Shown here: in pieces, positions 23,890-32,000 of the stretch
Layout: the number at the start of each line of letters is the position of its first letter
Numbering within the stretch: position 1 is the first letter of the stretch
From: Nitratidesulfovibrio vulgaris str. Hildenborough
GTDB taxonomy: Bacteria > Desulfobacterota > Desulfovibrionia > Desulfovibrionales > Desulfovibrionaceae
NCBI RefSeq assembly: GCF_000195755.1
Contig: NC_002937.3
Location: 2,190,001 to 2,222,000 of the forward strand
Direction: 5' to 3'
DNA length: 32,000 bases
Program-made: the position numbers and the translations under genes
Notes under the pieces: model-generated
Database searches by the model: none
Told to the model about the DNA's origin: nothing
The model's input: the letters and a program-made list of their open reading frames with translations, nothing else

Positions 23890-25340
23890 CCAGCCGCACC
23901 GCACCATCAGCATACGACGCATCCACACTCCTTTTCACCCTGCTGTGCACCATCGCCCTGTCCTGCGCCGCGCTGACGGTACCAACGTTCTGCGGTGCCG
24001 CCTCCTCCGAGTTGCAGGTCGCGACGGGCAAGTCCTCTGTCGTCTCCACGTCACGCCCGGTGGGTCGTCTGGCCATCGCGGACGAAGCCATCGCGGGTGT
24101 CGTCGTCCTTTCGCCGCAGCAGGTCTACGTGACCGGCAAGAAGGCTGGCACGACCACGCTGACCCTGTGGGACGGCGGTGGCGCGGTGATTGGCGTGTAC
24201 GATGTGCAGGTCACGCCCGACATCGCCCAGCTCAAGGAGATGCTGCACCGCGTACTGCCCGGCGAGAACGACATCATGGTCATGGGCGTCAACGACACAG
24301 TGACACTCGCAGGCACGGTGCGAAGCGCGGCAAGCATGACCACCGCCATGGACATGGCGCGCCTCTACGCTCCCGACAAGGTGACCAACCTCATGCAGGT
24401 CGGCGGCGTGCATCAGGTGATGCTGGAGGTGAAGGTGGCCGAGATGCGACGTAACGTCATGGAACGTCTCGGCATCGACCTCACCTACGCATGGCGTGGC
24501 GACTTCATCTTCGGGATGCTCAACCAACTTTTCACCCTCGACAGCCAGAAGGGTGTCGTGGACGCTGGCCCCAGCGGGGCGGTGCTCAGCCCCAACGTGA
24601 ACGGCGCCTTCCGCATCACGTCCGGACAGGTGAGCATCATGGGATTTCTTGACGTGCTCAAACAGAACGGACTGGTGAAGGTCCTCGCCGAACCCACCCT
24701 CGTATGCCGCAGCGGCGAGAAGGCCGAATTCCTCGCCGGGGGCGAGATTCCCATTCCCGTACCGCAAGGGCTCGGCACCGTTGCCATCGAATACAAGGAG
24801 TTCGGCGTCACCCTTCAATTCCTGCCCACGGTGGTGGGGGACGGTCGCATCAGCATGAAGGTGGCCCCGGAAGTCTCTGAGCTCGATTACACCAACGTGG
24901 TGCAGATTCAGGGCTTCACCATTCCCGCCATCACCAGCCGACGGGCGTCGACCACCGTCGAACTGGCCGACGGGCAGAGCTTCGCCATCGCGGGACTGCT
25001 GCGCGACGACGTGCGGCAGGCGGTGAACAAGTACCCGGTACTGGGCGACATGCCCGTACTGGGGACGCTCTTCCGTTCCAGCAACTGGCAGAAGAACGAG
25101 ACGGAACTTGTCATCATCGTCACGCCGCATCTGGCCAAACCGCTTGAAGCGAACGCCACACGCCTGCCCACGGACGCCTATCGCGAGCCTTCCGCCTTCG
25201 AGTACTTCATCCTCGGCAGGATGGAAGGAAGCAGACGTGCGGATGCGACAGCCGCAGCGGCCCGCACTTACGGCACGACGGGCGCAGGCGCGCCCTCGGG
25301 AATGGAAGGCGCTTTCGGCCATATGCTGCCAGCCCGCTAG
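23886..25340 (+). CDS. cpaC: Tad secretin CpaC/RcpA (T2SS/T3SS secretin family)
   Basis: Track ORF of 484 aa, with a signal peptide. The N-terminal pilus-formation domain reads IADEAIAGVVVLSPQQVYVTGKKAGTTTLTLWD. The secretin core contains GGEIPIPV and YPVLGDMPVLGTLFRS. Its ATG overlaps the cpaB stop codon (ATGA). Confidence 0.88.
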   Translation: MTSRTAPSAYDASTLLFTLLCTIALSCAALTVPTFCGAASSELQVATGKSSVVSTSRPVGRLAIADEAIAGVVVLSPQQVYVTGKKAGTTTLTLWDGGGAVIGVYDVQVTPDIAQLKEMLHRVLPGENDIMVMGVNDTVTLAGTVRSAASMTTAMDMARLYAPDKVTNLMQVGGVHQVMLEVKVAEMRRNVMERLGIDLTYAWRGDFIFGMLNQLFTLDSQKGVVDAGPSGAVLSPNVNGAFRITSGQVSIMGFLDVLKQNGLVKVLAEPTLVCRSGEKAEFLAGGEIPIPVPQGLGTVAIEYKEFGVTLQFLPTVVGDGRISMKVAPEVSELDYTNVVQIQGFTIPAITSRRASTTVELADGQSFAIAGLLRDDVRQAVNKYPVLGDMPVLGTLFRSSNWQKNETELVIIVTPHLAKPLEANATRLPTDAYREPSAFEYFILGRMEGSRRADATAAAARTYGTTGAGAPSGMEGAFGHMLPAR

Positions 25341-25349
25341 GAGAACGCC

Positions 25350-25754
25350 ATGCACGCCGCCACGACACAACTTCACCACGATGCCCGCGCCGACGACATA
25401 TCATGCCAAACGACAGGGAATCCCGGCTTCACGCGACACCACCCTGCCCCCCGCAGCCTGCCGCGGAGCACGGCACTGGCGGGCATTCTGCTGGCGCTCG
25501 CCCTCACCGGTGGCTGCAGTGCCTACCTTGAAGAACCCGTAGCCGAATGGCGCGAACCCCTCGGCGAGGCGTTCCACGCCCAGCGGGAACAGCAACGGCT
25601 CAATCCCGCCCCGGTCGATGCGTCCCCCGTGACGGGACTCGACGGGCAGGCCGTGGAACGTTCCATGAAGGTCTACCGGCAAGGTGAAGACAAGAAGCAG
25701 GAGAACGGCAACACGTTCCAGTTCAAGTTCGGCAACGCCAAGTCGAAGCAATAG
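25350..25754 (+). CDS. Small lipoprotein of unknown family at the RcpB/CpaD position of the tad operon
   Basis: Track ORF of 134 aa. A strong SD (TAGGAGAA) lies upstream of ATG 25350. The lipobox is LALALTGGC, about 55 residues in. I recognised no family. Confidence 0.6.
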   Translation: MHAATTQLHHDARADDISCQTTGNPGFTRHHPAPRSLPRSTALAGILLALALTGGCSAYLEEPVAEWREPLGEAFHAQREQQRLNPAPVDASPVTGLDGQAVERSMKVYRQGEDKKQENGNTFQFKFGNAKSKQ

Positions 25755-25765
25755 CGGAAGCCGCC

Positions 25766-26980
25766 ATGAACAACATCCATCCCGTTTGCCTCATGCCGAA
25801 AAGCCCCGTGACGGGTGACGAACTCGCCATTCTCGTCACGCGGCAGGGCGGATTCAGGCTTGTGTCGCCCGAAGAGGATGAACTCGGGCTGGTCATCGTC
25901 GAACTGGGGCGGGCCTCTGACAACGACTTCGACCTTCTTCGCAAACTCGACGCCGACCCGCGCGTCACCGAAATATTCGTCACCGCGCGCAAGAAGGACC
26001 CCGACCTCATCATCGAAGCCATGCGCGCCGGGGCCACAGAGTTCATGGCCCAGCCGCTTCGCCCCGAAGACATGAGCGCAGCCCTCGAAGGCTACCTCAT
26101 GCGATGCCGCACCCGTGAGGCACATCCTGTCGCCACCAGCGAAGAGGGCGGGCGCATCGTCCATGTCGTCTCGGCCAAGGGCGGCGTTGGCGGCACGACC
26201 GTGGCCGCGAGTCTCGGCGTGCTGGCAGCGCAGCGCGGAGAGACCGTTCTCATGGACATGCGGCTGCCACAGGGCGACGTGCCTCTCTTTCTCGACCTCG
26301 CCTACACCCACACATGGGCATCGGCCATGCGCGACCTGGCACGCCTCGACGCGACCTTCCTGCGAAGCCTCGTCGAACGCCACTCCAGCGGGCTGCATGT
26401 ACTGCCCTCGCCCGACAGACAAGACGGACTTGAGAGCCTGAGCGCCCTCGGCGTGAAAGCCATGCTGGGCCTCATGCGCGCCACCTTTCCCACCACCATC
26501 GTCGATGGTGGCCCCTTCAGCGACGAACTTGCGCTGGCTTCCATGCAACAGGCCGAGAGCATTCTGCTGGTCACTGAACTGGCACTGCCCTCCCTCTCCG
26601 GGGCACGGCGCATCCTCGATGACATCCGCCAACACGCGCCACAGGTCGAAGACAGGGTCCGACTTGTGGTGAACAGGTTGTGCTCGCGTTCTGGCGTCGA
26701 GGCCGAAGAGGCCGAACAGCTTCTTGAGCGCAAGGTCTTCTGCGCCATCCCCGACGACTACAGCAACGCCGTCTCCGCCATCAATCAGGGCGTGCCGCTG
26801 GTCACGGCGCATCCGCGTTCAGCGGCAGCCCGCGCCCTGCAACAGCTGGGCGAACGTACGTTCCCGCAGGAAGGGGCCGATGCACGGCCGGGCGGCCTTT
26901 TCGCACGCCTCCTCCGCCGGGGTGAAGCGGGGCAGGCATCCGTGCCCCAGACCCCGCTGCTGCACGGGTCGAGGGGGTAG
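25766..26980 (+). CDS. tadZ: TadZ/CpaE-type pilus localisation protein (pseudo-receiver + atypical ParA/MinD ATPase domain)
   Basis: Track ORF of 404 aa. The N-terminal receiver-like fold lacks the usual phospho-acceptor context. The P-loop reads VVSAKGGVGGTTVAA, so the classical Walker A Lys is replaced by Gly. The gene lies directly upstream of tadA. Confidence 0.8.
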   Translation: MNNIHPVCLMPKSPVTGDELAILVTRQGGFRLVSPEEDELGLVIVELGRASDNDFDLLRKLDADPRVTEIFVTARKKDPDLIIEAMRAGATEFMAQPLRPEDMSAALEGYLMRCRTREAHPVATSEEGGRIVHVVSAKGGVGGTTVAASLGVLAAQRGETVLMDMRLPQGDVPLFLDLAYTHTWASAMRDLARLDATFLRSLVERHSSGLHVLPSPDRQDGLESLSALGVKAMLGLMRATFPTTIVDGGPFSDELALASMQQAESILLVTELALPSLSGARRILDDIRQHAPQVEDRVRLVVNRLCSRSGVEAEEAEQLLERKVFCAIPDDYSNAVSAINQGVPLVTAHPRSAAARALQQLGERTFPQEGADARPGGLFARLLRRGEAGQASVPQTPLLHGSRG

Positions 26981-26983
26981 GCC

Positions 26984-28810
26984 ATGCGACTCGCCGAACG
27001 CCTCATGCGCGCGACACGACGCCAGCAGGAAACGGACGACGTACCCGCCGCCCCGGTTCATGCGAGACGCGCCACCGACCGCATCGCCATGCCCGACACC
27101 CTGCGTGGTGACACCGGGACACACGGGCCGGAGAACGCCCCTTCTTCGCACCTCGACGTCACCACGGCATCGGCCGGGCAACCGGACACGCACAGCCAGA
27201 CCGGCATGCCGTACGATGTGGCGGTCGATGGCCTGCACGTCCGGCCTCCGCAAGACGGCCCTGCATCCGGACTTTTCCAGACGACCAGCGACCAGCCCCC
27301 CACCATTGCGGACGGCGAGAACGACGAGAACCCGATTCTGCCCCCTGCGGCCACCACGGCGGCACCGCGACGCCCTGTGGTCGCGCCGTCGTCATCAAGG
27401 CGCACGGACGACGCCACCGTGTCCCCCGCCGCTGCCGAAACACAGGCAACCGCCCCGGCACAGGCCGAGCAACCCCTGCGGGCAGCCCGCAGCACCCCCC
27501 GGGCCGCGGAACAGGTCGTGGACGTGAGCAAGCTCACCCTGCACGGTGACCACTATTACGAAATCAAGGAACATCTGCTCGACCGACTGCTTGAGCTTCT
27601 CGACCTCGCCGCCGTGGAGTCGCTTCCCCCCGAACGACTTGGCGACGAGATTGGCCGCCTCGTCGAGAGGCTCATGCGCGACGAGTTCAGGCAAGCCCCC
27701 CTCAACGCCAGTGAACGCCGCCAGATAACCGGTGACATCCGCGACGAGATCCTCGGCCTCGGCCCGCTGGAACCGCTGCTGCACGACCCCACCGTCAACG
27801 ACATCCTCGTCAACAACTACAGGCAAATCTACGTCGAACGCCGCGGCAAGCTCATCAAGGTCAACACGCGCTTCCAGGACGACGACCACCTGCGCAAGAT
27901 CATCGACCGCATCGTCTCGCGCATAGGCCGCCGAGTGGACGAATCGTCGCCCATGGTCGACGCCCGCCTTGCCGACGGGTCGCGCGTCAACGCCATCATC
28001 CCGCCTCTGGCGCTCGACGGACCCAGCCTGTCCATCCGCCGCTTCTCGAAGGACCCTCTGGAGTTGCACGACCTCATCGGCTTCGGCGCCCTGACGCCGG
28101 AGATGGGCGAAGTGCTGCAGGGCATCGTCAAGGCGCGGCTGAACATCATCGTCTCGGGCGGAACAGGGTCGGGCAAGACCACCATGCTCAACTGCCTTTC
28201 GCGTTTCGTGCCGCACGACGAACGCATCGTGACCATCGAGGACGCCGCAGAACTCCAGCTCAAACAGGAGCATGTGGTGCGCCTTGAGACACGGCCCGCC
28301 AACATCGAGGGACACGGCGAGGTCACGGCCCGCGACCTTGTGAAGAACTGCCTGCGTATGCGCCCCGACCGCATCATCGTCGGCGAAGTCCGTAGCGGTG
28401 AAGTGCTCGACATGCTGCAAGCCATGAACACCGGTCACGACGGGTCGCTGACGACCATCCACGCCAACACCCCGCGAGACTGCCTGATGCGCCTTGAGAC
28501 CATGGTCGCCATGGCAGGGCTGAACATCAGCACCCTTTCGCTCAAACGCTACATATCCTCCGCCGTGGACGTGATCATACAGGTCTCACGCCTCTCGGAC
28601 GGTTCACGCAAGCTCACCAGCCTGATGGAACTGACCGGCATGGAAGGCGAGGCCATCACCATGCAGGAAATCTACAGCTTCGAGCAGACCGGAGTGGACG
28701 ACAAGGGCAAGGTTCAGGGGCACTTCCGCAGCGGCGGCATCAGGCCGAACTTCGCCCCGCGCCTAGCGGCCATGGGCATCCATCTCGGCGGCAGCCTCTT
28801 CGACGTCTGA
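26984..28810 (+). CDS. tadA: Tad pilus secretion ATPase TadA/CpaF with ~189-aa low-complexity N-terminal extension
   Basis: Track ORF of 608 aa. The conserved part begins near [18 protein letters not shown] (about nt 27551). It contains [20 protein letters not shown], Walker [22 protein letters not shown] and the His box [12 protein letters not shown]. Confidence 0.9.
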   Translation: MRLAERLMRATRRQQETDDVPAAPVHARRATDRIAMPDTLRGDTGTHGPENAPSSHLDVTTASAGQPDTHSQTGMPYDVAVDGLHVRPPQDGPASGLFQTTSDQPPTIADGENDENPILPPAATTAAPRRPVVAPSSSRRTDDATVSPAAAETQATAPAQAEQPLRAARSTPRAAEQVVDVSKLTLHGDHYYEIKEHLLDRLLELLDLAAVESLPPERLGDEIGRLVERLMRDEFRQAPLNASERRQITGDIRDEILGLGPLEPLLHDPTVNDILVNNYRQIYVERRGKLIKVNTRFQDDDHLRKIIDRIVSRIGRRVDESSPMVDARLADGSRVNAIIPPLALDGPSLSIRRFSKDPLELHDLIGFGALTPEMGEVLQGIVKARLNIIVSGGTGSGKTTMLNCLSRFVPHDERIVTIEDAAELQLKQEHVVRLETRPANIEGHGEVTARDLVKNCLRMRPDRIIVGEVRSGEVLDMLQAMNTGHDGSLTTIHANTPRDCLMRLETMVAMAGLNISTLSLKRYISSAVDVIIQVSRLSDGSRKLTSLMELTGMEGEAITMQEIYSFEQTGVDDKGKVQGHFRSGGIRPNFAPRLAAMGIHLGGSLFDV

Positions 28811-28889
28811 GGCCCGCCGCACACCACGCAGGCGCCACCACCGCGCCTGCGGCGGCACGAAGGATAGCAGGAAGGTCAAGGAGAAGACC

Positions 28890-29855
28890 ATGACGCTCAT
28901 CATCCCCATACTGGCCATCATCGCCATGTTCATGCTCGTCATGGGACTCGCCAACCTCGTGACGGGCAAGCGCCGCACCGAACGCGAACGCATCGCGCGA
29001 AGGCTGGGCACACTGCACGGCGCGAAGGGCGATACACGCGGCGTCGACCTTGAGCGCAAACTCACCCTCTCCGACATGCCGTGGCTTGACGACCTCCTCG
29101 CGGCGCAGGCGTGGACACGCCGCATGGCCCTCATCCTCGAACAGGGGCAGGTGAAGACCACGCTGGGCATGCTGGTGCTCACCTCTGTCATGGCAGGCGC
29201 CCTCTGCCTGATGGCCATGGCCCTTTTCTCGAGCAATGTGTTCCTGCTTGTGGTGCCGCCGCTTGCCGTGGCCTATGTCCCGTTCATGCTGGTGTTCCGC
29301 AAGCGCGCCCGGCGCATGGCCAGATTCCAGCGGCAACTGCCCGACGCACTCGACCTCGTGGGACGCGCCCTGCGCGCCGGACACGCCTTCAATCAGGGAA
29401 TGCGGATGGTGGCCGACGAGTTCGAAGACCCCATCGGCCCCGAATTCCAGAAGGTGCTTGATGAGATCAACTACGGCGTCCCCGCCGACACGGCCCTCAT
29501 CAACCTCGTGCGCCGGGTGGACTGCCCGGACCTGAAGTTCTTCGTCGTCTCCGTGAACATCCAGCGCGAAACGGGGGGCAACCTCGCGGAAATCGTCACC
29601 GGCATCGCACGGCTCATCCGCGAACGATTCAAACTGGCGGGCAGGGTGCGCGTGCTTTCAGCCGAAGGCAGGCTCACGGCGTGGATACTGCTGGCGCTGC
29701 CCTTCGGCATCGGCATCATCATCAACATGCTGAACCCCGACTTCATGAGCGTGCTCTACGAGACACCGGAAGGGAACCTGCTGATGACGGGCTCGCTGTT
29801 CCAGATGACCATCGGCGCCATCGCGCTCAAGCGCATGACCACCATCAGGGTATGA
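28890..29855 (+). CDS. tadB: TadB (GspF/T2SSF-like inner-membrane platform protein)
   Basis: Track ORF of 321 aa. AAGGAGAAG lies upstream of the ATG. The T2SSF-type segment reads LPDALDLVGRALRAGHAFNQGMRMVADEF...INYG. Confidence 0.85.
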   Translation: MTLIIPILAIIAMFMLVMGLANLVTGKRRTERERIARRLGTLHGAKGDTRGVDLERKLTLSDMPWLDDLLAAQAWTRRMALILEQGQVKTTLGMLVLTSVMAGALCLMAMALFSSNVFLLVVPPLAVAYVPFMLVFRKRARRMARFQRQLPDALDLVGRALRAGHAFNQGMRMVADEFEDPIGPEFQKVLDEINYGVPADTALINLVRRVDCPDLKFFVVSVNIQRETGGNLAEIVTGIARLIRERFKLAGRVRVLSAEGRLTAWILLALPFGIGIIINMLNPDFMSVLYETPEGNLLMTGSLFQMTIGAIALKRMTTIRV

Positions 29856-30838
29856 AGGGTGACAGCATGATCGACGAAACATCCCTCACTCCCCTTCTGG
29901 CCGCACTGCTGGCCGGTGCCTCCGTGCTGCTGGCCTTCTTCGGCGTACAGGGGATGCGTGGCAGCAGACGTCGTATCGACCGTATGCAGTCGCGGGTGGC
30001 CCGCCACCTCGACCGCAATGCCCCGACAGCAGCGGCATCCGCCACCACGTTGAGTGACGACATGCGCCGGGGCATCAACGCCATGGCCGAACGACTCGGG
30101 CAGCGGGTCATCAACGAGGGCGACACCGAACTCACCGAGGCGGGCATGGCGCTTGCCCGCGCGGGCTACCGCAATCGCACGGCACCGAGGGTGTTCTGGG
30201 GCGTCAAGGCGGGTCTCACCGTGGCGGGATTGCTCATGGGCCTGACGGTGCGTCTGCTTCTCGGCGACGACGTCCCCGCAGGCATGGTGGCCCTCCTCTT
30301 CATCGGCCCTGCCGTGACGGGCCTCTACCTGCCCAACATCTGGCTTTCATCGCGCATCAAGGAGCGCAGGCAGGAAATCATCAACGCGCTGCCAGATGCT
30401 CTCGACCTTCTGGTCGTCTGCGTCGAGGCGGGCATGGGACTCGACCAGGCCCTCGCACGGGTGGCGAAGGAACTGCAAAGCACCAGCCCCGTGCTTGCCG
30501 AAGAACTGCAACTCTCCATCCTCGAACTGCGCGCGGGCAAAAGTCGCGCCGACACGCTCAAGAACCTCGCCGCACGGGTCGCCATCGAGGATGTGAACAG
30601 CCTCGTCACGCTCATCATCCAGGCAGACGCCTTCGGGACCAGCATCGCCAGCACCCTGCGCGTGTACTCGGACACCATGCGCACCACGCGCTTCCAGCGC
30701 GCCGAGGAAATCGCCGCCAAGATGCCCGTGAAGCTTCTCTTTCCTCTTGTTTTCTGCATTCTTCCAGCACTCTTCGTCACCATCATGGGCCCGGCCTTCA
30801 TCAAGTTGATGCAGGTCTTCGCCCAGATGAACCAGTGA
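29852..30838 (+). CDS. tadC: TadC (GspF/T2SSF-like inner-membrane platform protein)
   Basis: In frame with track ORF 29681..30838. ATG 29852 overlaps the tadB TGA (ATGA); ATG 29867 is an alternative start. The T2SSF-type segment reads LPDALDLLVVCVEAGMGLDQALARVAKEL. Confidence 0.85.
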   Translation: MKGDSMIDETSLTPLLAALLAGASVLLAFFGVQGMRGSRRRIDRMQSRVARHLDRNAPTAAASATTLSDDMRRGINAMAERLGQRVINEGDTELTEAGMALARAGYRNRTAPRVFWGVKAGLTVAGLLMGLTVRLLLGDDVPAGMVALLFIGPAVTGLYLPNIWLSSRIKERRQEIINALPDALDLLVVCVEAGMGLDQALARVAKELQSTSPVLAEELQLSILELRAGKSRADTLKNLAARVAIEDVNSLVTLIIQADAFGTSIASTLRVYSDTMRTTRFQRAEEIAAKMPVKLLFPLVFCILPALFVTIMGPAFIKLMQVFAQMNQ

Positions 30839-30891
30839 CCCCCAAGCACTCGCCAGAAGCACGTGACAGGACCTCACGACAGGAGCACACC

Positions 30892-32000
30892 ATGAGCATC
30901 ACAGCCACGCACGACACATCTTCGAAGGGCCGCCATGCCCTGCCCGCCCTCGCGCTTCTGCTGCTCATGACACTCTCGGGCTGCGCTGCGCGTGACATGG
31001 GCGACGGAACGTCTCCCTCGCTCATGGAACGGCATGCCACGGGCAAGAGCCTCGCCCCCGATGCGCCGGGGACACCGCAACGGCAAGGCACACCGGCGGC
31101 CGAGGCGGAAGCCCACCTCCAGCGCGGCCTCGCCTACCTCGCACAGGACAGGCCCGAACTCGCCTTCGAGCATTTCAGCCGCGCCGCCTCGCTTGCCCCG
31201 GAGATGGTCGAACCCCGTCTGCAACGGGCGCGCCTGCTCGTCCGGCGCGGCATGCCCAACGAAGCCGCCGCCGACATCGAGGCCGTGCTCGCCGCCTCCC
31301 CGCAACACGCACGCGCATGGGAACTTGCGGGCATGGTGGCTTTCGACAGGGGACTTCTGGACGAAGCCGAAGCGGACTTCACGCGCGCCATCACCCTCGA
31401 CCCCGACCTTGCCTCCTGCTACGCGCATCTAGGTGCCGTACACGACTACAAGGGGCGCCCCGACCTCGCACGTGACGTGTACGCCGCCGCCCTTGTCCGC
31501 TTTCCGCAGTCGGGCGAATTGCACAACAACCTCGGTGTCGCCTTCTCCATGCTTGGAGACGACGCCTCGGCCCTGCACCACTTCCACGAGGCCGTCGTGC
31601 TGGGCGCGTCCTCCGAACGGTCATGGAACAACATGGGGCTGGCCCTGTGCCGTCTGGGGCGCTTCGACGAGGCCTTCGAAGCCTTCCGCAACGCGGGGGG
31701 CGAGGCCGCAGCGCATAACAACCTCGGCTATTTCTTCCTCGTCAACGGCGACGCCTCGCTGGCCGTGCAGCACCTGCAACGCGCCGTCGAACTCGAACCC
31801 CGCTACTACGTCCGTGCCGCCGAGAACCTCAAGCGTGCCCGACTCGCGGCCAGATTCGCAGCGGGCGGCGTACCTGTGCCCGCCGCGGGGCCACAGACAG
31901 GAGGCATTGCCGGTACGCCCGTGAACAAGGCAGGCGTCTTGCCGCCAGCAACGGGCAAGGGTCCCGGCACACGGACGACCGGCGCAGGCGAACGGGTCAT
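30892..32000 (+). CDS. tadD: TadD-like TPR-repeat lipoprotein, 3'-partial (open to the right window edge)
   Basis: It is absent from the ORF track because no stop codon lies in the window. My codon-by-codon translation from ATG 30892 (AGGAG 6 nt upstream) found no stop through 31998. The N-terminus is MSITATHDTSSKGRHALPALALLLLMTLSGCAARD (lipobox LSGC). Repeated TPR-like units follow (AEAHLQRGLAYLAQDRPELAFEHFSRAASLAP..., NNLGVAFSMLGDDASALHHFHEAV..., NNLGYFFLVNGDASLAVQHLQRAVELEP). Confidence 0.8.
   Translation, partial: MSITATHDTSSKGRHALPALALLLLMTLSGCAARDMGDGTSPSLMERHATGKSLAPDAPGTPQRQGTPAAEAEAHLQRGLAYLAQDRPELAFEHFSRAASLAPEMVEPRLQRARLLVRRGMPNEAAADIEAVLAASPQHARAWELAGMVAFDRGLLDEAEADFTRAITLDPDLASCYAHLGAVHDYKGRPDLARDVYAAALVRFPQSGELHNNLGVAFSMLGDDASALHHFHEAVVLGASSERSWNNMGLALCRLGRFDEAFEAFRNAGGEAAAHNNLGYFFLVNGDASLAVQHLQRAVELEPRYYVRAAENLKRARLAARFAAGGVPVPAAGPQTGGIAGTPVNKAGVLPPATGKGPGTRTTGAGERV

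Noticed and set aside
1-32000. Search for CRISPR arrays, IS/transposase or integrase genes, tRNA/rRNA genes, prophage or defence-island signatures
   Set aside because: I saw no spaced direct-repeat arrays, no recombinase-like ORFs, no tRNA-like cloverleaf candidates, and no abrupt compositional break apart from short AT-richer promoter regions. The window looks like core chromosome.

Overview
High-GC (roughly 65%) chromosomal segment with Desulfovibrio-type gene content. From memory, the gene order resembles the D. vulgaris Hildenborough DVU2101-DVU2127 neighbourhood; I cannot verify this without a search. There are four blocks. (1) 1-7615, minus strand: a lipoprotein-type Omp85/TamA-like gene translationally coupled to a very large TamB-like gene. 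The TamB-like gene runs off the left edge, so it is missing from the ORF track. (2) 7890-14311: a divergent, apparently sigma-54-controlled cluster. It holds two MinD/ParA-type ATPases with inserted 2x[4Fe-4S] ferredoxin motifs, a Gly/Arg-rich DUF5320-like protein, a PAS-containing sigma-54 enhancer-binding protein, two NifX/MTH1175-like small proteins and an Mrp/NBP35-NifX fusion. This is the orp (orange protein) type cluster. A 17-bp motif occurs three times in front of two hand-identified -24/-12 promoters. (3) 14660-19412: L-lactate permease, a divergent LysR regulator, a small acidic protein and an NCS2 purine permease, separated by strong hairpins. (4) 20047-32000: an NtrC-type response regulator, a near-consensus sigma-54 promoter and a compact Flp/Tad pilus operon in the order flp1, flp2, tadV, cpaB/rcpC, cpaC/rcpA, lipoprotein, tadZ/cpaE, tadA/cpaF, tadB, tadC, tadD. 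The last gene is open at the right edge. flp2 (57 aa) and tadD are not in the ORF track and were translated by hand. I saw no rRNA, tRNA, CRISPR array, transposase or integrase. Many long ORFs in the track are antisense or off-frame shadows typical of high-GC DNA. Motif coordinates were counted by hand and may be off by 1-2 nt. All family assignments rest on recognised motifs, not on searches.
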